Below, in pieces: positions 54,835 to 63,746 of a stretch of DNA of 64,000 nucleotides; position 1 is the first letter of the stretch; every line of letters starts with the position of its first letter. The DNA is from a virus. Under the pieces are notes generated by a model. That model made no database searches. It was not told the DNA's origin and saw nothing but the letters and a program-made list of their open reading frames with translations. The DNA lies in the IMG/VR virus record IMGVR_UViG_3300010396_000009, positions 11,232 to 75,231 of that record; one strand, written 5' to 3'. The position numbers were made by a program, and so were the translations under genes.

Positions 54835-55328
54835 TTTGGATTGCGCCAGTTCATTCTATTATGCACCATGAGCAGTCGGGCGATGAGCGCAGAGCAGAAG
54901 ACAGAGCCGAGGTCCGGGTGCCTGAGCCCCAGTAACCGAGTCCAGTGTCTGGGTGACTCGAGAGCTCCCCTAAGATCGTAGGGCGCACCGTGCCAGTACT
55001 TTAGGAGCTCATGACAAAGCGAGAGCTCTATGAAGCGCGGCCATTGACATTCTGGGGCGATGCGACACCTGACGACTCTTCCCTGATATGACTTGCATCG
55101 CAAGGCGATGTCATGGCAGTGAACGTCGCCATTAGTAACATTACCGCAGTGCATGCAGGCTAATCGACACAGCGTTGTGCTTTCCCAGAGTGTCTGGATC
55201 GCTATTCCGTCAGTATGCATGGACTGTAACGGAGCCTCCATGGCCACGTGCGAGGGTCCGCCAGTGCCGAGCTCAATGACCCTGCTCTTCCAGTCATCGC
55301 CGTAGAAGAAGTATAAGTCTCCGGTCAC
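54759..55328 (-). CDS. Permuted papain-like NlpC/P60 (YiiX/YebB-type) enzyme
   Basis: TGDLYFF, SHVAM (His), YD, FCSALIA (Cys), ITP. Confidence 0.7.
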   Translation of the reverse strand: MTGDLYFFYGDDWKSRVIELGTGGPSHVAMEAPLQSMHTDGIAIQTLWESTTLCRLACMHCGNVTNGDVHCHDIALRCKSYQGRVVRCRIAPECQWPRFIELSLCHELLKYWHGAPYDLRGALESPRHWTRLLGLRHPDLGSVFCSALIARLLMVHNRMNWRNPKWITPAALMDLVLSARTHLEPELCN

Positions 55329-55846
55329 CCCAGGTCCTCCTTTCTGCGCCCTGACTCGAGATAGCGACGAAGATCAGTCTTAAACTCGTCATCGCGCTCT
55401 AGCAGCCACTCGAGGTACTCAGCCGGAGTGTTGTTCACGGTCTCCCCGACGTACTTGCCGAACTGCATCTTGGTGATATCGCCCCACTTATCAGCCTGGG
55501 CAATCGTCATTGGCTGCGAGGCTTTAATAGCGGCACCGGGACCAAGAAGCTCCGTGCTAAAAGCCTGGCGAAGCTCTCTCCAAAATGAGTCAATTGATCT
55601 GGGATCATCGCCCAGACCCTGCAGCACAGCGTTAATGGTGCCGATGATGCGCTCGCCGGCCTCGCGACCTGTTATGCGGGCGCGAATATGCTTCTGCTCG
55701 ATCGGTCGATCGACGACGTTGGGAATCGCCTTGAGCTGATCTACGAGAGCTACGAGCTCAAGCTTCTCTTCAGGAGTCAGGCCAGCGCGCTGCTGCTTGG
55801 TCTTCAATTCATCGAGTCTTTGTTCTGGGGTCATCGAGCACTCCAA
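55325..55846 (-). CDS. Hypothetical protein with a C-terminal FGKY (DUF3820-like) motif
   Basis: MQFGKYVGETVNNTPAEYLEWL. Confidence 0.65.
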   Translation of the reverse strand: MECSMTPEQRLDELKTKQQRAGLTPEEKLELVALVDQLKAIPNVVDRPIEQKHIRARITGREAGERIIGTINAVLQGLGDDPRSIDSFWRELRQAFSTELLGPGAAIKASQPMTIAQADKWGDITKMQFGKYVGETVNNTPAEYLEWLLERDDEFKTDLRRYLESGRRKEDLG

Positions 55847-56115
55847 GAAAGTTCACCTGGGTCAACATCAGCTGTTTTGCAGCGCTCGGGATGAGCTATT
55901 CTCCATGCTTCAACGCGCTTGATAAGCTCATCAACAGCAGTTAGCTGTGCTTCCTTTGCACCCAGTCGCGCACACTCATCCTTATAAAATTGAAGAGTAG
56001 CGAGCAGAGCATTGTCCCTCGCGACGAACACTATCCATGAGTCCGGGGGCTCAACTGCGTTATCCTTTTCACGAAGAATGACACCATAAAATTTACCATC
56101 TAATTTTGCTGGCAT
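55831..56115 (-). CDS. Hypothetical protein
   Basis: FVARDNALLATLQFY pattern. Confidence 0.6.
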   Translation of the reverse strand: MPAKLDGKFYGVILREKDNAVEPPDSWIVFVARDNALLATLQFYKDECARLGAKEAQLTAVDELIKRVEAWRIAHPERCKTADVDPGELSWSAR

Positions 56116-56543
56116 TATTTAGGTCCTTTGCTAAGCGTTACCTCCATCGGCGGGCAGTGACACAGGCAGTACAGGCACACCTTGCCTGTCAAGGGAACAT
56201 CAGCGCACATCGAGATGTCCTTGCAGTGATTGCACAAGGAGCGGCCGCTGCCCAGCCTCAGTAGAGAATAGAGCGATAGCAGGGAATTCGCGGGCATCCT
56301 GCAGCAGATCGGCTGAATGTCCAAGATGCGCCTCAGATTAGAAGTATCGCTGTTGCACATCATCCGAAAGAAGTTATTGTGCATCAGGAGCTCTGCGCCC
56401 TTGACCATGAACTCGGTGAGCTTCGTGGGGGGGTGCCCAACGAACGGTAACGAGTGAACGTAGCAGACTATTTGTCTAGGTGTCAATTCGAGGTTTTTTG
56501 AGGGATCTTGGGTCATGATTTTGAGGGTGGTAAGAGCCGCCAA
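56115..56543 (-). CDS. Cys-rich hypothetical protein
   Basis: C-terminal CxxC/CxxC; start uncertain. Confidence 0.5.
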   Translation of the reverse strand: MAALTTLKIMTQDPSKNLELTPRQIVCYVHSLPFVGHPPTKLTEFMVKGAELLMHNNFFRMMCNSDTSNLRRILDIQPICCRMPANSLLSLYSLLRLGSGRSLCNHCKDISMCADVPLTGKVCLYCLCHCPPMEVTLSKGPK

Positions 56544-56724
56544 GAATAATATGGTATAGGGAAACCAAGAACTGCCTTATTCTCCCTATATTTCATGGCC
56601 TAATTAATATATTATTTCCGTCTGTATTTTTCGCATAATACACAGAGAAGCCACAAAAGTACATAGAGAAAGCAGAAAAAACTAACAATTCGCATAAATA
56701 ATTCTGGGCTACTTATTAGCTAAT

Positions 56725-57108
56725 CTAATAGTCGCTATAAACACGTCTCCGCAAGAACTCCGCAAAGCTCATGCGGCTCCTGCAAAAGTCCTCGCGCTCT
56801 GACCAGTCCATCATGCGCTTGTATAGGCTATAGCGAAATCGCGGAATAAGTGCACTGCGACCACTTTGAGTGATCTGAATAATGAACCACTGCCGATTGA
56901 AACCCCACTCGAGAATCTTGGCATAGCCTAATTGAATCAGCGACTCAGCGCACCTATGACGCTCGCTGTTATCGCAGGCAATAGTTAACCGATTGCGTGA
57001 GTACTGTGATCTGCGAAATGATGCGTAGTCGTCCTCGCATATATCAAGGCACGTGCACATCATCGAGAATTCCTGCTGTGTTAATTTGCGTCGCCTGCGT
57101 CGCTTCAT
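56725..57108 (-). CDS. Basic hypothetical protein
   Basis: ATGA coupling to the SET gene. Confidence 0.55.
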   Translation of the reverse strand: MKRRRRRKLTQQEFSMMCTCLDICEDDYASFRRSQYSRNRLTIACDNSERHRCAESLIQLGYAKILEWGFNRQWFIIQITQSGRSALIPRFRYSLYKRMMDWSEREDFCRSRMSFAEFLRRRVYSDY

Positions 57109-57497
57109 CGCACGGCTCCTAATTTCTTTGCGGCCTCTGCGTCAAATGAATAATAGTCGCACGTGAGCTCCTCGCCGGGAGCTATGTCGCGACACGCGAT
57201 GTCAACGAGGGATGAGCTCCCGTTGCACAGATTCGGCTCGCTCGAGTGATTCATGAACCTCGCATCGTCCATGCGGAGCACCCACATCTTATGAATCGAG
57301 CACATATATGCGTATTTTCGGATGAACTGCTGAGTCAATAGACGCATGGTCCTGAGTTCGGTATCAGAGATCATCCGGTCCATGCTTGACTCATAGCACC
57401 AGACCAATTGACCAATGCGAATATGTTGCATAGAAAATAGGCCCATGCCGGCGCCATTAATCTTGGACTCGGCTACGTACGTCTTTACTCGGAGCAT
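57105..57497 (-). CDS. SET-domain protein-lysine methyltransferase
   Basis: S.I.GAGMGLFS, ARFMNHSSEPN, RDIAPGEELTCDY. Confidence 0.9.
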   Translation of the reverse strand: MLRVKTYVAESKINGAGMGLFSMQHIRIGQLVWCYESSMDRMISDTELRTMRLLTQQFIRKYAYMCSIHKMWVLRMDDARFMNHSSEPNLCNGSSSLVDIACRDIAPGEELTCDYYSFDAEAAKKLGAVR

Positions 57498-58375
57498 TAT
57501 TCTGGCCTTTCTTTTGTTCTGGGACGACCAACGCGTGGCGTTGTTTTCATCTTATTTATTAGCTCAGTGGTCCAGCAACCCATATAGCTTTCAAGGTTGC
57601 AGCCAAGCGCCTCCATGTCAAGAAGAATCTGAAAGCACTCGTTTTTTAGCTCGGTGATTCTTCTCTTATCAGCTATTCTAATTCGCTTTTTTGCTCTGGC
57701 CTCAAGATCTATGTTAAGAAAATCGGTATGTGCTGCGCACGCGACCTCACGCATCTCGGCAATGAGCCCCATGAGGATCTTCGCCTGCTCCTTGCGATCG
57801 TCAGGTGGCTTTGGGACCTCTTCCGTCATCGCGGCATAGTTGAACAATGAGAGCTTGCGCCTCTGTCGTTGGTATGCTCTGCGCATTCTCTTGGCGTTAT
57901 ATCTGTTGACCTCGTCTGTGTCTTGGCGATTAACGACGACAATGTCCTTGGCCGCCATAGAAGTTCTATCCTTGCGGGGATCAAAGCCAGACCCGGCGCC
58001 CCAACCTGGAGTTCCATGCTTGAGATTCATGGCTGTGAGAGCCTCGCGCTCGGCTATGCTGTTCCCCTCACAGTCTCTGAGCGTAGCTTGAAGCTCAAGA
58101 TTGCGCTCGCGCTCAAGATAAAGACGCTTCGCGTAATAGCGAACGCGCTTGATGATACGCTTGTCTGGGCGCATCATCGCAAACCCGTCATAGCATCTGT
58201 GCGCAGTCAAAAGCCTCGTAAAGATCAGTTGATAAAGTCTTATGCGCTCTTTTGACTGTTCAACAAGAGCTCTGAGATCCCGTGTAACGTACTCCTTTCG
58301 CTTGACTCCCTTGGTCTTTGACGTCAGATCTGTTGGAGCTTGATCAAAGTGACCTTTTTGCTTTTTCTTTGACAT
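57497..58375 (-). CDS. Basic helical hypothetical protein
   Basis: AAGGA RBS before MSKKKQ at 58375. Confidence 0.65.
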   Translation of the reverse strand: MSKKKQKGHFDQAPTDLTSKTKGVKRKEYVTRDLRALVEQSKERIRLYQLIFTRLLTAHRCYDGFAMMRPDKRIIKRVRYYAKRLYLERERNLELQATLRDCEGNSIAEREALTAMNLKHGTPGWGAGSGFDPRKDRTSMAAKDIVVVNRQDTDEVNRYNAKRMRRAYQRQRRKLSLFNYAAMTEEVPKPPDDRKEQAKILMGLIAEMREVACAAHTDFLNIDLEARAKKRIRIADKRRITELKNECFQILLDMEALGCNLESYMGCWTTELINKMKTTPRVGRPRTKERPE

Positions 58376-58396
58376 GGCAACAATTCCTTGAGAAAG

Positions 58397-58591
58397 CGGG
58401 TACAATTACATAATAGGAGAGACGGGAAAATGGTTGGGCTTTATACCGTGACCGTTTTCACCCCTGCCTATAGTAAGTATTAGTGGAGGATTTGAAAGAG
58501 GTAAATATATATATAATAAGGACTTAGGGAAACCGGTCACTGATTAAAACCGTACCATTTTCCCGATTTTCCTATTATGTAATAGTACCCG
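58397..58591. repeat. Long imperfect inverted repeat (63-bp arms) around an AT-rich core
   Basis: Arms 58397-58459 and 58529-58591 match at 52 of 63 positions by manual alignment. Confidence 0.85.
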
Positions 58592-58615
58592 TTGGGACAC
58601 AAATTTAAGCGCAAT

Positions 58616-59008
58616 TTACTCATTCATCGCACTTTTTACCTTCTTTCCAAGGAACTCCAGTAAGGCATCTCGTCGCACTACATAATGCCCATGCGGCACA
58701 TCACAATCGTCCGGGAGATGCATCGTCACCTCACACTCGACGCTATTCTCGGAAATCTCCCGCACCTCCACTCCGGTCCACACTCGTCGTCGGTTAATCT
58801 CTCGTAGGACGACAAACTGCCTGGGCGTTAGCTGCCTATCATTGCTCTTTAATTCTATGAAGCCCACCCATGGTCTACTTATCACTATCTTGTCGGGAAA
58901 GCCCGCGAGGCCGAACGACGAGGCCACATAAGAGCACACGATCGCTCCCTGCTTCTTTAATAATCGAGCGAGGTCCGCGGCAAACTTATTCTCTTTGCTC
59001 ATGCTCAC
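58616..59008 (-). CDS. VRR-NUC (PD-(D/E)xK) nuclease, resolvase candidate
   Basis: E..F, GFPD, FIELK, LTPRQ. Confidence 0.8.
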   Translation of the reverse strand: MSMSKENKFAADLARLLKKQGAIVCSYVASSFGLAGFPDKIVISRPWVGFIELKSNDRQLTPRQFVVLREINRRRVWTGVEVREISENSVECEVTMHLPDDCDVPHGHYVVRRDALLEFLGKKVKSAMNE

Positions 59009-59277
59009 TTGTCCTTCTTCGTAAAAGTATAAAAAGCGGGTCCTGATTCATTAAAGGCTGGCTGCTCATACTTGACCTGCCAGCCGACGGCCTCATAAGC
59101 TTTCTCAAAGTTAAGCCAGTATCTGGGACACGGCGAACCTATCGCGCTCTCGACCTCGCCTAATTGAAGCACGGCTCTCTTGCCGTCGAATTTGCTCCTT
59201 ATGAGCTCGTTCACTGCATCAAATACTCGATCAGGGATCTCGACAGTTACATCCTCTGGTCGTATTGGTCCAGGCAT
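59005..59277 (-). CDS. Conserved-looking phage hypothetical protein
   Basis: IPDRVFDAVNELI...WLNFE..Y...GW.V.Y..P. Confidence 0.65.
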   Translation of the reverse strand: MPGPIRPEDVTVEIPDRVFDAVNELIRSKFDGKRAVLQLGEVESAIGSPCPRYWLNFEKAYEAVGWQVKYEQPAFNESGPAFYTFTKKDK

Positions 59278-59292
59278 GTCTCACACTCCCTC

Positions 59293-59847
59293 TCAAACAG
59301 AGTCGTGCGCCGGACATAGATCAGCGTCATCCACGCAGATGAGCGGCTGCTGGCACACCCGGCAGTGCCCCATCACCTCGGTATCGTTGATCAGCGATCT
59401 GATCATCATCTCACGTGTCAAGATCCGCTCCAGATCTGTGCAGGGATCACGGTTCCACCACCTATTGCGCCCAGAAGGGTGAGGCGCCGGCACATATCGC
59501 CCCTGAATCAGAGAGCCATACCTCGCCGGCCAGTCGATGCCGAAGCACCTCGACGCTCGTCGACCGCACAAGACAATGCGCGTCCACGCCGGGTCATCCC
59601 TTATGATGGCGGCGACTTGATCGGCCAGATTGTAGTCGAATGGAATCCCGTCTCGCTCTCTGCCCGGCGGGTTAAGGTTCACGCTCTCGTCGTATGAGAG
59701 GACACCTATGCTCTTGAGCAGCTGGTGCCCACTGTGCCCATTACGAAACGCGCCTAGCTTAAGCGTCATGCCGTACCACTCATCGGCGGTGTACCAGCGC
59801 CTATAGGTGCTCGCCAGATTAGCTCGCTCAGCGACTATTAGGATCAT
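59293..59847 (-). CDS. Uracil-DNA-glycosylase-superfamily protein
   Basis: VAE, VNL, VLCGRRA, PHPSGRNRWWN. Confidence 0.7.
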   Translation of the reverse strand: MILIVAERANLASTYRRWYTADEWYGMTLKLGAFRNGHSGHQLLKSIGVLSYDESVNLNPPGRERDGIPFDYNLADQVAAIIRDDPAWTRIVLCGRRASRCFGIDWPARYGSLIQGRYVPAPHPSGRNRWWNRDPCTDLERILTREMMIRSLINDTEVMGHCRVCQQPLICVDDADLCPAHDSV

Positions 59848-60125
59848 AGCGCTCCTTTCATTGACTCTCTGAGCTCATAAAGATGCCAGACGTGATATCG
59901 GTCCACCGAGATCCATGAGTAGACGTGTTTAAAGAACATGGGAATAGGCCAACCCGTGCCGAAGACCTTGAACACCCTGCGCTCGTTCTCGTTGGTGCGG
60001 TTCACCTCAAACCATACCAGTGTCTGCCCCTCCTTTTCTCCGGCCAGGATGACCTTGGCGCCCTTAGGCAGCTCGATTGTGCACAGCTCATCTTTCAGCT
60101 CAAACTTGTAGATTGTTCTGCTCAT
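59844..60125 (-). CDS. Conserved-looking phage hypothetical protein
   Basis: MSRTIYKF...LPKGA...VFGTGW...VWHLYE. Confidence 0.65.
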   Translation of the reverse strand: MSRTIYKFELKDELCTIELPKGAKVILAGEKEGQTLVWFEVNRTNENERRVFKVFGTGWPIPMFFKHVYSWISVDRYHVWHLYELRESMKGAL

Positions 60126-60133
60126 GGTATACC

Positions 60134-60397
60134 TTATGGTAGAATTAACCCCGCGATAAATTGAACAGCGAAGAAGATCATCACTAAGATAGCATAGACT
60201 ATGAACGCGACTGAGTTTCGATGCCCTTGCTTTTGTCTCTCGTCTGTTTGCCATTCGCAGTAGACCGCGCACGCCAGATCTATCAGGCCGAACGCCGAGC
60301 AGAAGAAGCAGATTTTCCAAGGCTCATCATACCTTGGCAGAAACACGCTGAAAATCAGCATTCTTACTGCGCACTTAATTGAGTGTTCAGAGCTCAT
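60134..60397 (-). CDS. Small membrane protein
   Basis: Hydrophobic segments; RBS present. Confidence 0.5.
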   Translation of the reverse strand: MSSEHSIKCAVRMLIFSVFLPRYDEPWKICFFCSAFGLIDLACAVYCEWQTDERQKQGHRNSVAFIVYAILVMIFFAVQFIAGLILP

Positions 60398-60409
60398 AAG
60401 ACCTTTCTA

Positions 60410-61672
60410 TTAAAGGGAAAAGTATCCACCATACCGCGTATGCCACTCTGATCGGTTGTCCCAGATGAGCCCTGCATCATAGTCAGCCACAAGCTGATCT
60501 ATGACAGAGAAGTCCTGCCTGAAAAGAGATCTGAGTTGCATAAGCAATTCAGATCTTCTCTGAAGGTCGAGCTTCGCTATCTTAAGTGAGTGCTCCCAGC
60601 ACCAGCTTCGAAGAAAGTTCTTCATGTCGATGATCTCCCCGGTCGGATCCCAACTCTGCCCCAGAATCGGGAGGCACCCTCGCGAGGCGATGATCACCGG
60701 CTTATTCGTCACGAAGCCAGGCACCGGGGCGACGACTGGCGAGGCCCTGGCGACGCTGAGAGCCCTCATCAGGTGACCGTAATCGGCGGGGCCCTTGAAG
60801 ACGATCTCTCGTCGCGGATATCCGCACTTCTCATAGCCGCTCCAGTGCGCCCAGCCCTCGCCGTACATGACGCAGCTATCGTCTCTCCCCTGAGAGAACA
60901 GCTGCCCCTCATCTCCTAGCAACTGGCACCAGGCGTCATCGCGAAACTTTTTCTTAAATCCTGTACCCACGTGGCAGTGCGAGGCCCCGCAGATGTCCCA
61001 TTGTATTTCCTCATCCGGGCACGGCTCAAGCCAATCGAGATATGGCCATGACCATGACCTTGAGTCGCATGATCTTAGTCTATACTTCTTAAAGGAGATA
61101 GTCATCTCCCGGTCGAGGCCATGCTGCGTATTGTCTAATAGCGCGGCCGGGCGAAGCTCCGGCCACTTATCGCTCATCTCACCGTCGCGCGGGTATGACC
61201 TTGTATCCGTCACGAGGCAGATGCGCGGTGATCTCATCAGAGCCATGACTCCCAGCATGGGCGCGGTGTACCTGAGCGAGCTCATCAGAGGTGATACTCC
61301 GCGCGAATTGTTGATAAAGCTATAGGAGGCGCTGAGGCCGCACGACTCGATCCACAACGGCGGCGTCGCGCCGTCCCACCCCTCGTCGCTAAGCGCCTGG
61401 CAGAGGGTCTCATGAGAGTCAGCGAAGCGCTCCTGCTGCTCAGCGCTGCTCATGTACTGGTGCATGCCAGAGAGGTCCGGTCGAACGATTGCTCGGCACC
61501 ACGGCATATCATCCAAGGTCATCTTAGTGACCCCGAAGTAGATCACCCGGTGACCCTGCTCGCTCAGGTGCTTCATGAGGTCCTGCGTGCCGGCTATTTC
61601 TCCTCGCGGGTTCTTATCACCGTCGCGCGTCTGAAACGACTGACCAGACTTTGTGATGACTATAATTGCCAT
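60410..61672 (-). CDS. GT-B fold glycosyltransferase, candidate DNA (5hmC) glycosyltransferase
   Basis: N-terminal GE..G...L...GHRV.YFG, TDTRSY, MYGEGW, GFVTNKP...GCLP. Confidence 0.55.
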   Translation of the reverse strand: MAIIVITKSGQSFQTRDGDKNPRGEIAGTQDLMKHLSEQGHRVIYFGVTKMTLDDMPWCRAIVRPDLSGMHQYMSSAEQQERFADSHETLCQALSDEGWDGATPPLWIESCGLSASYSFINNSRGVSPLMSSLRYTAPMLGVMALMRSPRICLVTDTRSYPRDGEMSDKWPELRPAALLDNTQHGLDREMTISFKKYRLRSCDSRSWSWPYLDWLEPCPDEEIQWDICGASHCHVGTGFKKKFRDDAWCQLLGDEGQLFSQGRDDSCVMYGEGWAHWSGYEKCGYPRREIVFKGPADYGHLMRALSVARASPVVAPVPGFVTNKPVIIASRGCLPILGQSWDPTGEIIDMKNFLRSWCWEHSLKIAKLDLQRRSELLMQLRSLFRQDFSVIDQLVADYDAGLIWDNRSEWHTRYGGYFSL

Positions 61673-61673
61673 A

Positions 61674-62180
61674 TTATCTATTCTCCTCAGGGGCGAACAT
61701 TATGGTGCCGCAGCACCAGCACACTAGCTTTGGAGTGTCTAAATAAGTGGGGTTAGTGTCCGCTAAGCACAGCGGACACTGAAGGGCCAGCTTAGCGTCT
61801 TGTCGTCTTGGAATTGCCTCGCCGAATAGCTGATAGCGCATGACGGCGCTCAGATGCTTAGCGATGTTATACCAGTCTATCTGTCCAGGGCTCCTTTCTA
61901 TTCTTCCGGCTATCGCCTTAGCTAGGCTACATGCGCCTCTCATGTCTCCGATCTCCCATATGCTGGGCATAGTGGGTGTAGCTGGTTCAAGATCCTTCTT
62001 GAGCAGAAGAACCAGTGACCCGTGCTTTCTATAGCAGGGGGAGCAGACTAATCGCCGCACCTTGTAATCGCTATCACAGGTGCCCTTCACTGACCACTCA
62101 ACTGCCTTCGAGTATAGGTGATTATCATCTCTGGCGTCGAGCAGCTCCTTGCACACGTCGCATGAGTATTGTATGGCCAT
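61674..62180 (-). CDS. Zinc-finger hypothetical protein
   Basis: Four CxxC pairs. Confidence 0.6.
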   Translation of the reverse strand: MAIQYSCDVCKELLDARDDNHLYSKAVEWSVKGTCDSDYKVRRLVCSPCYRKHGSLVLLLKKDLEPATPTMPSIWEIGDMRGACSLAKAIAGRIERSPGQIDWYNIAKHLSAVMRYQLFGEAIPRRQDAKLALQCPLCLADTNPTYLDTPKLVCWCCGTIMFAPEENR

Positions 62181-62333
62181 TTCTTAGTTCCTATGTTAAG
62201 ATAGATAAAATGGATAAACTGAATATCTCACTTGTGACCAATTCCCAAATAAGTGTCCACTTTGACCATTATAATTCATATTAATGCTTAAGTAAACCCT
62301 CACCTGGGTCACACCAGAGATCCACAAAGGGAC

Positions 62334-62645
62334 TCAATTACCGTTTCCGAAGGCCGTCTCGATGCCCACATGCTCAGATACATGAAGATCCACTACCCTA
62401 GCGCTGCCGCGCTTTTGAGACACTAAAATATAGGCTTTGTTCCTGTGCAGGAACTTAAGAGGCTCTTTTCGCTTTTGCTGATGCTCACCGAAGACCTTGT
62501 CATGGAGCACCTTGCGTTCGAAGTCGATGCCCGCCTGCAGCTGGGCAAGCTGGGTCATGTGATTCTCGAGGTCAAGAGTCCTCTGAAGGATCTCTGCGAT
62601 GAGCCGCTCTCTTATTTCGCTATTCATTATCATCCTCTCCCTCAA
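62334..62645 (-). CDS. Hypothetical protein
   Basis: Collinear ORF; GAGG RBS near the MIM start. Confidence 0.55.
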   Translation of the reverse strand: MRERMIMNSEIRERLIAEILQRTLDLENHMTQLAQLQAGIDFERKVLHDKVFGEHQQKRKEPLKFLHRNKAYILVSQKRGSARVVDLHVSEHVGIETAFGNGN

Positions 62646-63036
62646 TAGAGCCGCCTATTGCCATGGCGTGGATTAGCTCGAGCATCTTCTTTTTCTTCTT
62701 CTCAAGCTTAAGTTTCTTACGCTCCTCCTTCTGTCGCTCGTTCTCGGCTTGGCGAGCCTGGCGCTTTTTCTTCATCTCCTCAGAGCGCTTAGCCTCGCGA
62801 GCCTGAGCTCGTCGTATCGACACCTCGTCTGCGTCACTCAGGGTGATGTGCTTGCCCTTCTCTCGGGCGTCTAGTACCAGTAGATAGCCGTCGACCTGGC
62901 TCACCAGAAGCTCGAGCTCACCTTCCGTTACCTCGAGAGGAGCCATCCGTCGCTCGAGTCGCTTTCTCTGGTCTCTTACGTATCGCCCGAGCTTTGCGAT
63001 CTGCCTTAGCTTTCTCCCGAGCCCTGTTCTGTCCAT
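62620..63036 (-). CDS. Basic coiled-coil hypothetical protein
   Basis: GGAGG RBS. Confidence 0.6.
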   Translation of the reverse strand: MDRTGLGRKLRQIAKLGRYVRDQRKRLERRMAPLEVTEGELELLVSQVDGYLLVLDAREKGKHITLSDADEVSIRRAQAREAKRSEEMKKKRQARQAENERQKEERKKLKLEKKKKKMLELIHAMAIGGSIEGEDDNE

Positions 63037-63268
63037 GTATCTCCTCCAGGATAGTCTCGTTTCTGATCACTCCGTCTTCTGGAATGGGCACCTGCGCGAA
63101 CAAGAAGCACCTCGCGCAAACCCAGTTCATGATGCGGCCATCAGGGCACTTGGCCCAGGTTAGCACATCCTCCGCAGACCGACACGCCGGACACTTGAAC
63201 ATATCCGGCGGTCGGGTGTAGTGGGCGTGCGGTGAGCTTGGATGATTTAGAAAGCTCATCGCGCTCAT
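62918..63268 (-). CDS. Zinc-ribbon hypothetical protein
   Basis: CPAC...CARC. Confidence 0.5.
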   Translation of the reverse strand: MSAMSFLNHPSSPHAHYTRPPDMFKCPACRSAEDVLTWAKCPDGRIMNWVCARCFLFAQVPIPEDGVIRNETILEEIHGQNRAREKAKADRKARAIRKRPEKATRATDGSSRGNGR

Positions 63269-63270
63269 GA

Positions 63271-63708
63271 TTAGTCAAGCGCCCGGCGGGCCTTGGCCTG
63301 GTCCCACACCTGCTGATAGATCACGGCATACTTGCCGGGAGGCAGGATCACGTCGCCGTGCTCAGGGTGATTGACCCTGAGCCCCTTCGGCGCGTCGATG
63401 CGCGGACCGTCCAATTCGGTGCCCGTGCTCGAGCGATAGAAGAACACAGTCTTCATCGACTCAGCGTCAACGCAGTGCCGTGAACCCTGCGTGTTGCCGG
63501 GCGCCAGCTGACAGTTCATCTCAGCGCGGTGCTCCTCGTCCCAGATAAGGGACAAATTGCTGAAGTCAGCATTCTCTCCCAGGAAGACCAGTCCAACGTC
63601 CCCCTGGCACCAGCAGTCGCCGGGATCCATGACGGGGATAGTATGCTCACTGTCATTCTTGATGCTCTCGGCGTGCTGCTGCACTTGCTCCAGTTCCATC
63701 GCATTCAT
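63271..63708 (-). CDS. Conserved hypothetical protein (QGDV...HPEH..I.LPPG.Y family)
   Basis: QGDV, GSRH, HPEHGDVILPPGKY. Confidence 0.75.
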   Translation of the reverse strand: MNAMELEQVQQHAESIKNDSEHTIPVMDPGDCWCQGDVGLVFLGENADFSNLSLIWDEEHRAEMNCQLAPGNTQGSRHCVDAESMKTVFFYRSSTGTELDGPRIDAPKGLRVNHPEHGDVILPPGKYAVIYQQVWDQAKARRALD

Positions 63709-63746
63709 CTCTTCACCTTACTTTCTTTAGAGAACCTCTACGATAA

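Noticed and set aside
56626-56700. dif/XerC-like TTCGCATAA half-sites (two copies)
   Set aside because: No XerD arm (TTATGTTAAAT-like) at 6-bp spacing, and no integrase in the window.
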